Assembly (NCBI RefSeq): GCF_000281045.1
Contig: NW_008246096.1
Coordinates: forward strand, 588,497 to 652,496
DNA from: Saprolegnia diclina VS20
Lineage: Eukaryota
Reading direction: 5' to 3'
DNA length: 64,000 bases
A program made the position numbers and the translations under genes. Below the pieces are notes generated by a model. That model was given only the letters and a program-made list of their open reading frames with translations, was not told where the DNA came from and did no database searches. Below are positions 36,650-49,531 of this stretch, piece after piece (within the stretch, counting starts at the first letter, position 1; the number at the start of each line of letters is the position of its first letter).

Positions 36650-37549
36650 CGATGCGGCGTGAAGCGAGAATGCAAGAGTACGACGACATGGTGGAACAAG
36701 CAGGGCTACGATTGGCTCGTTTATAGAAGGCAACAGCGTCTCGAGTTTATACAGAGGAGAGTCTCGAAGCCTGTCATAGCGCGTCCACTATTGTGTGGTG
36801 GGCGGCGACTACGCAGTCCGCGGTGGGTGGTTCAAGGAGGTGCGCAGTTGCCGAAGTCATTTCGATGGGCGAGACGAGCGCGAGAGGTGGAAGCAGAGGA
36901 GTCTCGTATCGCGGTGGGCATTGCGACTGCCGTGCGACCTTGAGCTTGCGATCCTCTTGCGCTGGTGCGTGTTTTGACGCGCGCGGTGAAACTCGCAGAG
37001 CGTGGGCATTTGGCCGTTGCGCTTGAGCGCGCGCGGGTCACTGCACCGACGTGACTTGTACGAGCACGCTACCTACGTACGTGTACTGCAGCGTGGGTGG
37101 CGACGCTTGTGGCGGGCAAACGACTACCTTGGGGGACGCTGTGAAGAGGCCAGTTGGCGGCGTCATGCGCGCAGTTTTCGAATAATGAAACTGCAGTTGT
37201 GCAAAAGTGCAATGCGATACTTGACGTGAACGTTCCTGTCCTCATGCTGATTCCGCAGCGAACGAATATGGCGCGGCTGAGCGCACACCTTCTTGACCGG
37301 TGTTGAATGCGCTAAATGTTTATAACGCTCCATCGCGCTAGTCTTCCCCGCTTTGGATCTGCGCTAGAGAGTTGTATCGGTTTCCCAGGTCACATGAGAG
37401 AAAGGCGAGTCGGCGTCTTGGATTGGCTGGAAAGTGGAAGATATGCATATGATTATAGCCAATCAACGAAAGGCATGCGGCTTCGATCTTTCGAGGACAG
37501 CAAATTCCGAACGTCTCGGTCGGCCACGAGCAAGGCAACAGTCATAAGA

Positions 37550-40500
37550 ATGGCGCTCTTAGCGTACGTCCACGTCAGCCTCGGCGGCACGCTGCGTCAG
37601 ATCCCAGCGCCTGTCGCCACCTTTGGCGCCCAAGCCCCAGCCAAATACACCGGAATCCTCGTTCATGCAGAGCCGCGAACCGCCTTTCCGAGCGTCACGA
37701 ACGCCGCCGCCTTGCGCGGCAAGATCGCCGTCGTCCAGCGCGGCGAGTGCTCATTCGCTGCAAAGGCCAAGAGCCTGCAAGCCGCCGGTGCGATCGCCAT
37801 GATCCTCACCAACTCGAGCGAAGACCTCGTGCGCATGGGCGAAGCGTTCGCCCACGAAGGCGTCGGGATTGAGATTCCCGTGCTCATGGTCGGCCTCGGC
37901 CTCGGGCGGTCGCTCCGCGATGGCCTCACTGCCACTGTCGAGCTCAAGATTGAAGAGCGCTCCAAGGTACGCCGACGAAATGCATGGCACTTTGCTCCAC
38001 ACTGATAGACGCTGTTTCAGGCGTCCATGGACGTCGTCAAAAAGACGGTCGAGCAAACCACCGAGGTCGTTCAAGCCAGTGTCGACGTCGTCAAGAAGCG
38101 CGTCGAAGTGGTGCGTCGCTACCACTCCTTATTGTATACGATTGACCAGTTTTCTAGATGGCCAAGGAAGTCGCGCCGAGCGAGGCGCTGCCGGCGCTCC
38201 TACCCTCGATGCTGCCCGAGAAGCGCAGCCCGAACCAACCTCTCCCACCGCTCTTTGCGTTCGTACTCTACGCCACGTCGGCCGACACGTATACGGTGCA
38301 GTTTGCGCCACTGGCCGACTTTGGCCTCTCGCGGAAGCGCTTGTACTACCGCGGCCGACTCGTGTTTAGCCATCCGTTGCAGGCGCACACAGCCCTTAGC
38401 AATAAGGCAGGAATGCCTGGCTCTATTGTGCTCGTCGAGCGGGGCGGGTGCACGTTCCCCGAAAAAATTGAGCGCGCACAATCCGCCGGGGCGATCGCCG
38501 TCCTTGTCGGCAACAACGACGCTGCCAACCCGGACGCCGCGTTCGTCATGAGCGTCGACCAGCTCTCGGCCGACCACATTACCATTCCCAGCGTCATGTT
38601 GCCGTACAACGTGTCGCAGGCGTTGCAAGCGGCGTCGCCCGACTCGATTGGGATCGTGTGCCTTGAAGGCGAAGCCGCCGGCGTCCTTCTCGCTGCCAGC
38701 TCCACGAGCATCTCGCTTTGGGCGCCACCGCCGTGTACACCGTCAACGCTGCCGCCCCTCGTCGCCGCCGCCCGGGAAAACGACGCAGCCCGCGTCACCG
38801 AGCTCCTCTCGATGCAGTCGCCCCACGCGTGTGACGCGTACAACGTCACCGCCCTCCACCACGCGTGTCTTGTCGGTGCGGTCGACGTCGTCGAGCTCCT
38901 CTTGGCGGCCGGGGCGCAAGTCGACTCGGTGGACCTCGGGTCCCAAACACCGCTGCACTATGCGTGCATGGCGCCGAGCGTAGCTTGCGTGAGTGCCCTC
39001 TTGACCGCCGCAGCGCACACGTTGGCGCGCAACGAAGGCGGGAGTTCGCCGCTGCACGTGGCGTGCTACGCTGGCAGCACCGAGTGCATGGAGCTGCTTC
39101 TCACCGCGTCCGCAACGCTCGACAGCGATGGCAAGTACAACTTCCACGGCGTCGATGAGCGGGACAAGAGCGGGCGCACGCCGCTCCATGTCGCGTGCCT
39201 GCACGGACATGCCGACTGCGCCTTGTACCTCATGGCGGCCCAAGCGCACGTCAATTTGGCCGACGCCCGAGGGTTTACGCCACTTCACTATGTGTGCGAT
39301 CGACTCGAGAAGCAGCCCGACATGTTGCACGTCATTGAACAACTGCTTGCGTACGGCGCCGAAATGGTCGACCGCACGACCAGCGCCGCGCAGCAGTCGC
39401 TCGTGCTTGACCGTATCTCGGACCGCCGGCTCCGGCGCGAAGTCGAAGTGCTCTACCTTCGGCGCCAAGTGAGTTTGCAGGACAAGGTGACGGCGGCATT
39501 GCGCAGCGACCTGCGGTCGCAAGCCGAGAGCTATAACGCGCAGCTGGCGACCGTCCAAGCGACGGCCGAGGCGACGGCAACAGCGTGCCAAGCGCAGCTG
39601 GCCCAGCAGGCACGGCAGCTCGACCACGTACAGCGGCAACTGGCCTCGGTTTTGCAAGTGCTGCAAACGTCAGGGACGCCGTCGGTCGCTAGCACTCCGC
39701 AAGTGGTCGCACTGCCCGTCACGGAGCATGGCGACAGCTTGGAGGAAACCGAGAAGGCACAAGAAGCCGGCTTGGCGCGGGATCTTGGGAAAAAGTACCT
39801 CCGCCTCAAGCAGTATGCTACCGCCGTCGCGTACCTCGATTCCTCAATGGCGCTGTACAAGTTGCCAGGCGTCGCCCGACTGCTTCAGCACGCGACGGTG
39901 CTGCGCGATGCAAGCAGCGGGGCCTCGTCCATGCCGCCCTCCACAACGCAGCTTGTGGCGTTGTACCGGGAGCGCTTTGCCGCGTTGGGCGCGCCCGACC
40001 ACGCGCTTGAGGCTTTGGAAAGCGAAGTCGTCGCGCTTGCGTCCATGGCTCCTGGCTCGACCGAGTACGACGCCACGAAAAAGTGGCTCGACTGGCTTTT
40101 GCTGCTTCCGTGGACCGAGGTACTCGTCCTTTTGCCCCTGGATGAAGCTCAAAGGAACCGTAGGCGTCCATGCCGCAGAGCAAGGCGGTTTTTGCGCATG
40201 TCTCGACGCTCCAAGCCGACGACACGCGGCGCCACGCAGCCTGCGTCATTCAACGCGCCTTCCGCGACCGCTGGGCCTTGGTGTTTTGGCGGCGTGACGC
40301 AGCGGCCGTCACGCTCCAAGCGCACGTGCGCGGGTTCCTCGTGCGCCGAGCACGCGTCGCGTCGGACACGGAAAGCTCGCACAGCGAGTCGGAGGCAAGC
40401 GAAATTGTAGTCGACAACAACCCGACTGCAACCGATGCGCCCGTACCCGACACGCAAGTCGCCAAGGTTGATGACATTGATGTGACCTCGAGGGTCGACT

Positions 40501-40832
40501 CGCACCTGCAGCGCGGCCGGGTCAAGCACGGACGCGTCGTCCGCGGCGTCCGCATGCGCCATGCGACCAAAGGGGATCACGCCTGCGTCCTCCAGTGGCT
40601 CACGACAGACGCGTCCAACCAAGCACAGCACTACATTTGGTGTCGATGGGGCGCCAGCCACGCGGCCGAGAGCGCGCTAAAAGGCCCGTACGACGACGAC
40701 GACGCAGCCCGCGAGTTTGAGCGGCACTTTCGCGCCAAGACCGGTCTCACGTGGGGTTGCGACAAGTTGTCTCCATCGCCCGAGCAGGCAACGTGGCTCG
40801 TGGAGCACGGCGAACGAAGAGCCACAGCGTAG
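37550..40832 (+). CDS. Mosaic protein: two PA domains, ankyrin repeats, coiled coil, TPR-like hairpin, Lon-like helical segment, IQ motifs and WGR-like domain
   Basis: PA1 GKIAVVQRGECSFAAKAKSLQAAGAIAMIL and PA2 GSIVLVERGGCTFPEKIERAQSAGAIAVLV. Ankyrin TALHHAC/TPLHYAC/SPLHVAC/TPLHVAC/TPLHYVC. IQRAFR and LQAHVRGFLVRR. IWCRWG...AAREFERHFRAKTGLTW. Three short introns, including 40120-40163. Confidence 0.8.
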
Positions 40833-40883
40833 TCATTTAGTCGAATATAGGGGACATGCACTTATGCAAAGCGTGGAGGGTCT

Positions 40884-42946
40884 CTAGGACGACGAGTTGA
40901 CATTGATGGTCGAGAACTCGCCTTCGTCGTCGTCGCCGTAACCCGGGCGCAGCATCTGCTCGGACGTGTCTTCGTCCGCATCGGCCGTCGCGTCACTACG
41001 TGGCGCATCAGACAAAATGGATTTGAACAAGCGAGACGGACTCAAAGTCGGACGTGTCTGGGTGCAGGTGCGTCAAGAAGGGGACCCAGTACTTGGCGTC
41101 AAACTGCAGAATCGGCATGCGCGCCACGGGCTGCACCATTTGGTCCATCTCGACCTCTTCGGCGGGCGTGAGCTGCTTGATCTTGAGATAGCGCAGCATA
41201 GGGACCGTGGACCCGCCGCCGATGAAGAGCGTCGCCAGCACCACGACCATGGTGGTGGCAATGATTTCCTAGCCGACTCTTGGTCCGTGGTCGATACATT
41301 GAAACAATCGTACACTGCGCTTTTCGTTGGGCCAGTCGAGTGCGAGCGCAAAGCAGAGCGCGCCCCGAAAGCCGCTGAACCAAATCATGACTTGCTGGTT
41401 CTGCGGCACACGGCGCTCGACGGGGCGGCGCTGGTTGATGAGATACGAGAGCGGAAACACAAACATTGCGCGGCCAATAAGACACGCAATAAGACTCCAA
41501 ATGATAAACTTGAGGTGGTAGCCGACTTGCAGCGCAAAGACCGCGAGGCCCAAATCTACAATACGTCGTTCCATGAGCTCGTGCGGTCGCATGCTGCGAT
41601 TTTACTCAAAAAGACGGTCGTCTCGGCCACGTACGAAATCGCGTTAAACATGTGGCCGCAGCTACAGTGCAATCGTGATACTAGACCAAGGGGATCCAAG
41701 GAGCACGTACACCTTCTTGCCTTCGTCGCTCAAGTTGTTGCTCGTGTAGTGCTTCATGGTGATGCCCGTGAAGAGGATCGCGACGACGCCCGACAAGTCG
41801 CAGATGCACGCAGCGAGAAACGGAAGGTACGAAAACATGATGTACACGCCCATCTACGCTCAGGATCGTCATGAGACCTTGGGGCGTTTGGCATCGTCGA
41901 CCTCGTGGTACAAGCAGCCTTTGAAGTCAAAGTGCTTGAAGAGCAGTGCCGAGAGGACGCCAAAGAGGATGCCAATGAGCGTCGAGCCGGCAAAGATTAG
42001 AACAAAGTCGAGCACGGCGATCGGGAGGTAGCTCGACTCGTACACGTTACCGATAAACTTGGAAAAGGTCCCGAAAAGCACGATCGCGACCGCGTCGTTG
42101 AGCGAACTCTCGCCAAACACCAAGTAGAAGAGCGACGGGTCCTGCACCAGCAAACTCAAACTCGTGCAAAATGCATTGCCAACGTACAACGCGGAGTTCC
42201 TGAAAAATGGCCAAGACCGACACCGTGTCCTACAGAGAGAGGATTGTTGAGAACTTCTCGCTGGTACGGGATACCGTAGCGCTAATGAGCGCGCCAAACG
42301 AGAGAGCTTCAGCAAGCGAGAGCTTGAGGCTCACGCCCGCTTGGCCCATGCCGTACATGATACAGCCGACCGTCATGCTCGAGATCGTCGTGCCCGCGAC
42401 AGCGTACGCGACGATGGGCACAATATTATCGAAAAAGTACCGGCGCTTCATAATATATCCTACTTGCGAATACGACATGGGTCATTTTGCATGTGGACGC
42501 ACCCGAGTTGAAGATGATGGGCGGCAGGAGCGCAATGAAGAACGTGTTCGGGTCAAAGATCATGAGCTATAGGGTTCTTAGGATGCCATGTCGATCGAGC
42601 GAAGCGCGCACCGAGTGCGTAATTGAGTTTTTGTAGACGTAGCAGAGGACGCCGCCGGCGACGCCAACGAGGATCGTAGCTACACGGCAGCTATCAGATC
42701 GTAGTTTTGTGACAAAAACGAGGTACCGCCGGCTTCGGGCAGAAAATGCCAGTGCAAATGGTGGCCGACGTAGTTGCTCACGACGATCGAGGCCATGAGC
42801 AGCATGAGGAAGATCGAGAAAAAGACCGAGAGCTGGTATTCGTTGCTCATGCCATAGTAGTGCTCGACCTCGGCGTTCCCGGCCGTGAGCTCGCTCATGC
42901 TTCCGACGTGGCCTTTGGAGATCTGGCCGTTGGGAAACTCCTCCAT
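40884..42946 (-). CDS. CPA1-family Na+/H+ exchanger (NHE/NHX-like), multi-exon
   Basis: HFLPEAG, FDPNTFFIALLPPIIFNSGY, FGALISATDTVSVLAIF, LVFGESSLNDAVAIVL, SGVVAILFTG and WFSGFRGALCFALAL. Last exon ends in TAG at 40884-40886. Confidence 0.93.
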
Positions 42947-43322
42947 GTCCGGATAACCACACGATCCGGATACTAGGCGCCGTCGGTTTCACAGAAAGGC
43001 CGGAACCGACACGGGCGTGGTCAGAGCGCAAGCGCATACGACAGGCAGCTCCGTAGGTCCGTCTCAATACACTGCAATGCAACGACCTAGTCGCGTGCGA
43101 TCCTGTCCACCACTCAAATCTATAGCGACGCGATGGAAGCGCATGAAGCAGGATGTGAATGGAGCAGTTCGATACTGCAACTACACATGCCACTAAGAAC
43201 TAAGAGCACGTGGGTATATTGTACGAGGACGACGACTGGTTCGAAATTGTAGTCGTCAAGTCTATGGCGTAGTGTACAGAGTAGCTGGGAGCTACTCGTT
43301 CAAAAGGGCAACGAGATTGCCA

Positions 43323-44438
43323 TTACAGCAGCGAGAGCAGCGTCGCTGCGGACAGGCGCTTTCTCGGATCCTTCTCCAAGAGCCCGCGCACAATGGCTTT
43401 GGTCTCTTTCGACACGAGGTACCACTGCGCGATTGGAAAGTCGACGTCCTTGCAGAGAATCGCGGCCTGGATCTCGTCCTCCGAGAGCGAGCCCCGAGGG
43501 TCGAACGGGTGCACACCCGTAATCATGATGTACAGAATACACCCGAGCGCCCACATGTCCATGGCAGCAACGACCGGCGCCGGCTCGGCGGCGAGCATTT
43601 CGGGGGACCAGTACGACTTGGTGCCCGAGAGCGGCGCCGATGCCAAGCGCATCGCTCGCTGCAACGGCATCGAGCTCGTGTGCGGGTCAGGGATCGTGGC
43701 CGAGCCAAAGTCAATGAGCTTGACGCGGCCGTCGTCATCGGTGAGCATGATGTTGTCGGGCTTCAGATCGCAGTGGACCATGCCGTGGGCATGGATGAAC
43801 GCCAAGGCCGACGCGATTTGGGAAAGCACACGTTTGGCCTCCTACGGATCCGTCATTTCACGCAATAGGAATAGACGCTTGCAGCCTACCACTTCGTCGA
43901 GGCGCCGCCGGTGCAGCATGTAGTCGAAGAGCGTCGATCCGGGCACGTACTCGATAACGAGGTAGTGGAAGCCGTCGTGCGTGTAGTGGTTCTTCATGTG
44001 AACGATATGGTCGTGGCCGCCGGCCATCGCGACGCAGCCCAGAGCCGTCTTCTCGCGCACCGCCTCTTCGAGCGAGTCGGCGCTCACCTACAAGGTCCAC
44101 ACATTGCTGCTGAGGTGGATTTGCATGGTTGGCGGACGTACCTTGACGGCCGCGATGGACTGGTTTTGCTTCTCGACGCACTGAAGCACCATGCCAAAGG
44201 CCCCGGCACCCAGCGTCTTTGTCATTGCGAGGTCATAGTCGTCTTCGAAGACGCGGCCAAGTGCCATGTCGTTGCGGGCCTCGGTCGACGTCAGCAGGAG
44301 CGAGGCCGAGCTCAGGAGAAGCCCCATGGCCAGGACGTGGTGTCGACACAAGCTTGGGTGGATCGCAAAGGGCCGGCGCGGCGCTCGAAGGGCGGCTGAT
44401 CGCAGGAGGGCGCGCGTCGCAGCAGATCGGACCGCCAT
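43323..44438 (-). CDS. CAMK-like Ser/Thr protein kinase with Arg/Ala-rich N-terminal leader
   Basis: LGAGAFGMV, AAVK, VHCDLKPDNIML, LIDFG, GTKSYWSPE, DMWALGCILYIMITGVHPF and LLEKDPRKRLSA. Two introns. Confidence 0.9.
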
Positions 44439-45547
44439 CTTCAGAAATGCACGTCAGTCCCTTGATGGTCGTTTTGCCAGGTGGTTGCCATGAGGATACG
44501 GGAAAGGCATCCGGTTAACTTGATTGTTTTCCGCATAATCACTTCGAACTTCGATTATAACTTGGCTTTTGTAAGTGCGACCGTTGCAAAGCGAAGTTGC
44601 GTACAGCCTTCGACTGGAAATTTGGCGCGACGGGACAAATTACAGGCGAGACAACAGAGTGTCCTGCTTCTGCAGGTCGCCGCGGCCAGTGGCGGACCGC
44701 AAACCTTGAACGACACGTACGGTAGTGACAAGGCGGCAGATGGCCCTGCGAAGCTCATAGGTCGTCAACGACGCACAGCAGCATCCTACTTTGCACTCGT
44801 TTTGTGGTATGTCTTGAACGCGCAAGTACATGTAACATCCAGCAAGGTAGCGCTCTCCAGGAATCAATGAGGCGTTAGAAACCGGGAGATCATTGCAAAC
44901 GGTGCACGGAGGCGCGGGTCCTATTGCTCACACAGTGGCCCCACCACGCAGAAGGTTTCTCTCCAAATTTCCGCACACAACGCTGGCACAACAAACCAGC
45001 CATGACGTACAAGAGATTGGATTCGAGGTAGATTCAACAGAGCAATCAATAACGGCAATGCTAATACTTGGCTTGCTTGGGTAAGAATGCAAGAAGTGCA
45101 CCAACGGAGACATACCTCGCTGCGTACTTGGTGTCAGCTGCTCGGAGCTGATACGCTTCATCTCGAAAGCGCTTCCACTAGCAACATGTAGTACAATGCT
45201 TGATTAGTGACGTAGCGTTGGTAGTCGCCGAAACCGGACCCCTGACGAATGCAAGTTGTTGGTCGCAGCTGGTGTTGATTGTTTTTAATAGGTTTATTAA
45301 CGTTTTATAACGTGTCTGTTAAATTTGACATTTCTCTCCATGAAGACCTCCAACAGTGACATGGATAGGCTTGCTCGTCTTGTCAAAGTGTTTTCTATCG
45401 TGCTGCGAATTATGAGCGAGATCATTTTCCAACGCAATTTGCTGCTTCATTGTGTGTGGAATCGGCTCCGCGAGATGCATGTCGCTTTTAATTGGTCCAA
45501 AATATTAATAAATAGCCAATTAGATCGTCCGAATCTCTTTGACACAG

Positions 45548-47925
45548 TTACGTTGCAATTGCCTGCAGCAACTTTTCCATTTGCTTTTGCTTGCGTCCAA
45601 GCACATCATCCGAGATCGTTAGCCGCGCATGTGCCTCCTGGCACGCAGCGATCGCGTTGCGGACTATGCGTATCGCTCCATTCTTGTCGTTCTTCGCCCG
45701 CACCAAAAACTACCACGCGTTAACAACACAATTCGCACAGCATTCTGTACCTTGGAAAACGCAAAGATGGCTTCGAAACTCAGATCGTCGTGGTCCAGTG
45801 CCTACACAATGTCAAGGAATTCGCATTTCTCGGGACAACCGTATCCACATATTCAAAAGTGCAGGGCGTACGTGACGGTAAAAGGACTCAGCTTCGTCGT
45901 CGCAGCCGTCGACAACTTCGGCGTACATACCTCGCGCCACCTACGGTATTATTGTCTACAGCCCTCGAATGGATGCGACCAATTACGTACAAGAGCGTTG
46001 ACGGTAAGAGCGGGGTCTGTAGCTGCTGCCTCGTAGAGCACTGTCGGCGAGCAGTCGAGGACTCGCCCGATCGCGACAGCACAGCTCGTGACAGCGTGTA
46101 CATTCAAGGCCGAGAGGCGTAGAATGTGTTGAAAAAGCTAGTGAGCTAATGTCAAAAACCATGGCGACGGCACACTGTGTCGTACGTTTTCGAGCACATG
46201 TTCATCCACGCGGCGGTGGTGCACGTCGTAGGAAGGCCGTGCCATGTTGAGACACTTGACGTGGCACAAGCGCTCGATGAGCGTCATGTTGTCCTTGTCG
46301 CTCGCATACGCCTTCTCCAACATCACTTCGGCTTCGAGCATGCGCTAGAAGAGGCATCCGCTACGTCCAAAAATCTTATGTATACCTCGTGGCGCTGTAA
46401 AAAGTCGCCGTAGGCAGACAACGCGTCCGTCGCGCCACCATCCAGCTCAATCGCGCGCTGGTAAAACTAGAAATTTGTCAAAGAATATCCAGAATTTTTC
46501 CGATCGACTTCGTCGGCCTTGACTGCGTCATTCAGGTCTGCGTCGCTGACTCGCGCAGCGTCCAAGGCGGCGACCACGTGTGACTTGTCGAGTTGCAGTG
46601 CCATGCAAAAGCACTCGCGGGCCTGTATACGTGATGTGAGCTTGTGCTGTCGCCGACGAGTTTGTACTTCGTGGAAGAGGTGCAGGTCGCGCCAAAAGAG
46701 CTGGCCATACTAAGACCAATACCATTTCGTTCTCGATGCACGCGCACGGTGGATGGATGACGTACGCGATGCCACGTATCACTGTCGTTGGGGTTGGCAG
46801 CCAGCGATCGCTTGTAGAAGGTCTGCGCACGCTCGACATCGTGGCGCGCCAACGCGAGAAACGACGCGAATTGTGCGCAGTTGACTGCGTGCGTCGGCTG
46901 GAGGGCAACGGCGCGCTCGTACTGCACCTCGGCGGCCTACACTGTGCTTGAGATACATACCTCCACGACTGTCGACATCGAACATCGTCGTCATGCTTGA
47001 TCGAGTGCAGGAATGCCGCGTAGTTGCCGACACTAGTGTGGACTTCGCTAAACGACGTTTTGAGACATCGAGCTGTACACATCGGGGCTCGCGGGCGCCG
47101 CGTCTATGGCTTCGAGGTACATTTGCTCGGCCAGCGCGAGCCGGCGTTGCTGAACAAGCCAGCCCGCGTACTTGCAGAGAACGGTGCCGTGACGCGGGTA
47201 GCGCTCGATCGCGGCTTCATAGGCTCTATGCTCTATGCGCATCGAATCATCACAAGGGCTCAGTTGTCGTACTGGTCGATGCGAAGCGGCGACTCGAGAC
47301 TCATTTTGTGCAGGAGCATGGCGTAGTTGCCCATGGCAAGCGCCTGCGTTGGGTCGACGGCCAAGACACGTTCGTAGAGAGCACACGCCATCTCGTCGTC
47401 GTCTTCGTAGTGCTCGAGAAAAAAGGCGTACGCCGCTACAACAAAGCGCAGTAAGAAGCGCTCATGTCCATACCCTCGGCGCAAGATGTATACTACCGAG
47501 CGTCCGAAGACACGGCACGAGGTCGAGCTGGAACGCGTGGCCAATATCTGTGTGATGGGCACAAGCCTCCATTGAAGCCCGAAATACCCCGCGGGCATCG
47601 GCCACGTTGCCCGCGACGAGGAGCAATTGCGCATATCTAGAGTCAGCCGTAAGCCATCTGACATCGACGCAGCGAGCGACCGAGAGAGGTGCACGCACGA
47701 CGGTCGTTTCTCGACGCGGAGACGATACTTGTCGAGGATCGTTGCGGCAACCGCTGTCGCTGCCATCGGCGTGCGCGGCGGCGTCGCTGGCGGCCGACGC
47801 ATGTTGGATGTAACTGGCGCGCCTTTCTTTGGCAACCGCAGTAGGGTTGGGGCTAAGGGGTGAGTGACCTCGGCGAGAGACTGCATGTACTTCGTCGACT
47901 GCCCGCGTACCATGGCCTCGAGCAT
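45548..47925 (-). CDS. TPR/HAT-repeat protein, many short exons
   Basis: Repeated helical motifs YERVLAVDPTQALAMGNYA, YEAAIERYPRHGTVLCKYA, YERAVALQPTHAVNCAQFASFL and FYKRSLAANP. Inferred last exon FLVRAKNDKNGAIR...LLQAIAT* ends at 45548. Start uncertain. Confidence 0.7.
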
Positions 47926-48139
47926 GGAGGGTGGTTACGTGTCCTTGGCCGCAACTGCTAAACGACTAGTAGCTGGTCCTTGCGCGAGAACGCAATGAGC
48001 AGCACAGTGACTCTAGTCGACTCATGGTCGGCCTGCCACGTACTGGTCGACGAGACCCTCGAGTAAATATCCGGACGACGCGATCTTTCTATGGTTTATC
48101 CGGCACTCACGGCGCCTCTTCGCCACAACCGCTTTCGCC

Positions 48140-48489
48140 ATGGCAACGACGTACCAGGTACGCCAGCACTCGAAAGCGCCTCCGCGATGACGGCTCATGC
48201 GCTGGAATAGACCCCGGACTCGAAGAAGGAGGAGTTCCGCAAGTACCTGGAGAAGAGCGGCGTTATCGACTCGCTCACCAAGGTGCTCGTCGGGCTCTAC
48301 GAAGAGTCGGAGAAACCACCGAACGCGGTCGACTATATCAAGCGCTTCATGGGCGCACCGACGGGCGTCGACGTCGAGGCCATGCGCCTGGAGAACGAAG
48401 AGCTCAAGAAGAAGAACGCAGAGCTGCAAAAGACAATCGAAGAGCTCAACAAGCGCCTCACGGCCGAGGAAGAGGAAGAAGAAGAGTAA
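48140..48489 (+). CDS. MYCBP: c-Myc-binding protein (AMY-1) homologue
   Basis: MATTYQ|TPDSKKEEFRKYLEKSGVIDSLTKVLVGLYEESEKPPNAVDYIK followed by a coiled coil. One intron (48158-48210). Confidence 0.93.
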
Positions 48490-48527
48490 GCACAAAAGAT
48501 GTTTCATGATGACGAGGATGATGATGT

Positions 48528-49531
48528 TTATGCCGACGTCTTGCACTGCGCGAGGAGCTCGGCAATGTTGGTCTCGAGCGACGCCTTCTGCCGTTCCAGG
48601 TACTGCTTGCGGGCCTGTGACCATTTGTGAGACACTGCATCAACGAGGACGGGCTCCAGACACACCTCGAGGGCCGCGACTTGGTCGTCCATCTTGGCCG
48701 CATTCGTCGTGAGGCGAGCCACGTTCTCTTCCGTCGACATCTCCAAGAACATCTTGCCGATCGAGGCGTACGTGTGCGTGCCCGACGGAAGCGCGCTAAG
48801 CTCTTCCTTCGTCAGCTGGATGCGCTTCTTCTCACGCGAGAACGCGCCAAGCTTGGCCTCGATCTACACGCAGCCCTGAGCACTGCGCTTCTCTTCAAAC
48901 GGGCGGCGTCGCATACCGTCTCGAGCTCGCGGTGCAGCGTCTGGAACTGCGGCTGAAGCTCCTGAAGCTCCTTCTGCACCGACGCCGGCAGCGGCGCGTT
49001 CTCTTGCTTCGGGCGCTTGGCGGGCGCCGCGCCGCCGTTGGCCAAGGCCATGGTCGCGACGGCGTCGTCGTTCTTGCCCAACTGCCGCTGGGCGTTGGCC
49101 AAGCGCAAAAGACCTATGGTGCTTACGTGAGCTGTCGGCGTCCATGCGCGATGGTGGCGGACCCTTCTTAAAGCTCGGGTTCAAGCGCACGCACTCCTTG
49201 GCATCCTGCTCGGCCTTTTCCCACTGGTTGATCGCGCCGTACGCAGCACTAGAAGAGGCGAGATCATGAGCTTGCTGTGTGGGAAGCCATGTCGTGAGAG
49301 CACCTGCGGTTCGAGTAGTAGATGTGGTTGCCCGGCGCGAGTCGAATGGCCTAGGCATGGCAGGTCAGCCACGCTGGCGCGTCACACCGACGCACCTCCG
49401 AGTAGTGCACGATGGCCTGGTCATAGTTCTTAGCGTTGAACTCTTCGTTCCCCAAGCTACGCAGGTGCATGAGCGTCGGTGAACGTCCATCGGCGCGCGT
49501 ACTTCTTCTCCTGCTCCGCTACCTCCGACAT
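48528..49531 (-). CDS. TPR (carboxylate-clamp type) domain fused to a prefoldin beta-type subunit (PFDN1-like)
   Basis: EKKLGNEEFNAKNYDQAIVHYSEAIRLAPGNHIYYSNRSAAY...KKGLLR, followed by LQELQ...REKKRIQLTKEELSALPSGTHTYASIGKMFL...KQYLER. Confidence 0.85.

Noticed and set aside
45225..45255. GAAA...CTGACGA hammerhead-like cores
   Set aside because: No NUH cleavage triplet or stems I/III fit between the cores.
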